A DNA stretch of 64,000 bases, from NCBI GenBank assembly GCA_965242925.1, contig CBDEUM010000014.1, positions 288,001 through 352,000 of the forward strand. Reading direction: 5' to 3'. Under the pieces are notes generated by a model. It did not search any database. It was not told where the DNA came from and saw nothing but the letters and a program-made list of their open reading frames with translations. The position numbers and the translations under genes are program-made. The stretch's first letter is position 1. Every line of letters begins with the position of its first letter. Positions 62,005 through 64,000 of this stretch are shown here, in pieces. The stretch comes from Roseibacillus sp. GTDB taxonomy: Bacteria; Verrucomicrobiota; Verrucomicrobiia; Verrucomicrobiales; Akkermansiaceae.

Positions 62005-63029
62005 TCGGGTGTGGAATCCTCCGCTTTTTCGTCGGCCGTCACCTCTTCCTTCACCCCCACCACCCGGGAGCGAACGCGCTTTCTCTTCAACGATTTGAAT
62101 CCGCCATTGAGCACCTCCACGAGAACCAGCATGCAGATGAGGGCCACGATGAAGACCGCAATCCCGGCCCCGGTGTGGAAGGCGGAGGGATGGTCATCCG
62201 TGCCGATGGCGAAATCCTTGGAGGCCCAGATCGTGCCATAGTAGAGAAGGAGCATCCGGACGAAGTTGCCGAAGATCGCGAAGGGCACGGCGGAAACGGC
62301 CAGAAGCAGGCGATGCCAGCTTTTTTTCAGCGAGAGATACCCGTAGAGGAGGCTCACCATCCCGAGGGCAAAGAGGGAACGCAACCCGGAGCATGCCACT
62401 GCAATCCCCAGCGAGAAGCGATCACCGGCCGGCACTGCTTCCGAAGGCGGCGAATAAAGGGACGTCCCCGAGCGGATGACATCAACTCCCGTGACCTTGA
62501 GATAAACCTCCGTCAACTTGGTCATGAGGAGCTGCAGGGGGCTGGCAATCGGTTCGATGAGAAAGACCAGCGGCCAGGTCAATCCGAAGAGAACCCAAAG
62601 CCAGAAGGCCCGCTTGAAGAATTCGATGCCGAGGAACCACAGGATGAAACCGGCCACCAGGATCTGGCCCGCAAAGTAGCCTACGTACTTCTCATTGGCC
62701 TTGTAGCCTCCGAAGTAGATGAAACAACCGAAGGCGAGCAGGACGAGACCGAGGTAACTTGGTCTGATGGGGATCCCTGCGAAGCGTTTGCGGGTGACCC
62801 AGAGCAGGACGACAACGACGGGAGGCACAAAGTAGCCAAAGGCCCATTCCCCCTTCTCCATGCGATATCCCTGCCGCATGTTGCTCCACAGAGTGGAGCG
62901 CTCGAACATATAGCCGGTGGAATATCCAAACCCGAAGTAGAGGTATCCCATTACCAGAATCACGCAGCTCACCATGATGGCCATGGGGAGACGGTTCTCG
63001 CCGTTGGAAAAACTTGGGCTGCTACTCAT
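62001..63029 (-). CDS. exosortase/archaeosortase-family transpeptidase
   Basis: About 8 TMs; catalytic triad motifs VACSGLRS, NFVRM, FHTGAG. Confidence 0.92.
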   Translation of the reverse strand: MSSSPSFSNGENRLPMAIMVSCVILVMGYLYFGFGYSTGYMFERSTLWSNMRQGYRMEKGEWAFGYFVPPVVVVLLWVTRKRFAGIPIRPSYLGLVLLAFGCFIYFGGYKANEKYVGYFAGQILVAGFILWFLGIEFFKRAFWLWVLFGLTWPLVFLIEPIASPLQLLMTKLTEVYLKVTGVDVIRSGTSLYSPPSEAVPAGDRFSLGIAVACSGLRSLFALGMVSLLYGYLSLKKSWHRLLLAVSAVPFAIFGNFVRMLLLYYGTIWASKDFAIGTDDHPSAFHTGAGIAVFIVALICMLVLVEVLNGGFKSLKRKRVRSRVVGVKEEVTADEKAEDSTPE

Positions 63030-63103
63030 GGCAGGAGGCACCTAAACAAGACCGATTGCATGCAGGTGGCAAGGATTCAGTCTGCTCCGGTGGAGTTCGG
63101 AGA

Positions 63104-63973
63104 TCACCTGTAATGAAACAGCTCCAGCACCTCCGAAAGGGCCTCATCAAGCTGCTCGACAGTCTCCGAATTCAGTTTTTTGCGGTGGTTTCCCGGTTTC
63201 ACCGATCGTTTATGAGAAAGGACATTCTCCGATGAAACCTCGAAATCCGCCTCTTTTACGATCCGGTCGACAAGCGATCGGTTTCCGTCCATTCCCGTGT
63301 GCTCAACCACTTTTCGAATGAATTCCGGGAAAGCGGTCACCATCTCCTCGTAAGGCAGGAAGAGCACGCCGGGTTTTCCCACCAACTGACGGTGAAAATC
63401 AAGAAAGTCGCGCCGGTATTCCTCCGCATGCGCGAGGACCCACTGGTCAACACCGGTTGCCAGTGCCTCGCGACGAGCCCGGAGGTTTCCATGGTTGTTC
63501 AGCGTATGCGACTCCCGGATCGAAAAGTAGTGCGACACCAGACAGTCACGCGGATCACGCAGAAGAAGGACTGAACGGTAATTCTCGTGAGCAGGAATGG
63601 GATAGGCGCGGCGCAGGGTTCCATAGTAGCAACCTTCAGGATGAAAGGCGGTCTCCAGCGTCTCCCTGTCAAACAGGCTGACTCCCTTCCCCGGGGTCAC
63701 CTTGACGAAGTAGCTGCAATAGTCGAGATGCTGAAGACCGTTAGCCAGCGCAAGCTCCCGTATGGCCCGCGACAGGAACATCGAACCACAGCGGTAGTAA
63801 CTGTAGAACATCACACTGGGCAGGCCGCTCGGGGTGATCTCGCCCCGCAGCCCACGCTGTTCGTCCTTCCAGAGCAGGGAGTTGTAGACCTGCGAGAGAT
63901 TCACGTAGGTTTTCGGAAATCGCTTCATGCCCCAGAGGCGGGCTCGACGCGACATGCTGATCGACTTGCTCAT
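63104..63973 (-). CDS. sulfotransferase-domain protein
   Basis: SYYRCGSMFL (5'-PSB-like), LLRDPRDCLVSHYFS (3'-PB), YEEM. Confidence 0.8.
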   Translation of the reverse strand: MSKSISMSRRARLWGMKRFPKTYVNLSQVYNSLLWKDEQRGLRGEITPSGLPSVMFYSYYRCGSMFLSRAIRELALANGLQHLDYCSYFVKVTPGKGVSLFDRETLETAFHPEGCYYGTLRRAYPIPAHENYRSVLLLRDPRDCLVSHYFSIRESHTLNNHGNLRARREALATGVDQWVLAHAEEYRRDFLDFHRQLVGKPGVLFLPYEEMVTAFPEFIRKVVEHTGMDGNRSLVDRIVKEADFEVSSENVLSHKRSVKPGNHRKKLNSETVEQLDEALSEVLELFHYR

Positions 63974-64000
63974 GACTACCTGGTGGATCGGGTTCGCACT

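Overview
GC-rich bacterial chromosomal window, most consistent with a PVC-superphylum (Verrucomicrobiota-like) organism, as inferred from the DUF1553/DUF1501 pair, an H-X9-DG-type pilin-like protein, a lamin-tail/CotH surface protein and an exosortase-EpsI pair. It holds about 52 CDS and one tRNA-Gly(GCC). Most are housekeeping genes (kbl, lysC, hom, trpC, rimO, recO, prfB, trmD, yicC, hemB, cysS, rlmN, ssb, rpsF, pth, rplY, prs). There is also a nucleoside-salvage operon (nupC-xapX-deoA-deoB-deoD) and an exosortase/glycosylation locus. No integrase, transposase or CRISPR array was seen. The best candidate for something undescribed is the secreted protein right after prfB (33346-34101). Its apparent UGA stop is followed by 57 more in-frame codons starting with Cys, and by a bacterial SECIS-like hairpin, so it is a probable selenoprotein with a vicinal Sec-Cys motif. 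Other signals are a 17-bp tandem duplication that frameshifts an acidic repeat tail, a C-terminal module shared by unrelated secreted proteins, an orphan PelD-like gene behind an AT-rich spacer, and a UbiA/DPPR-synthase-like gene inside the exosortase locus. All product calls come from motif recognition by eye; no searches were run.
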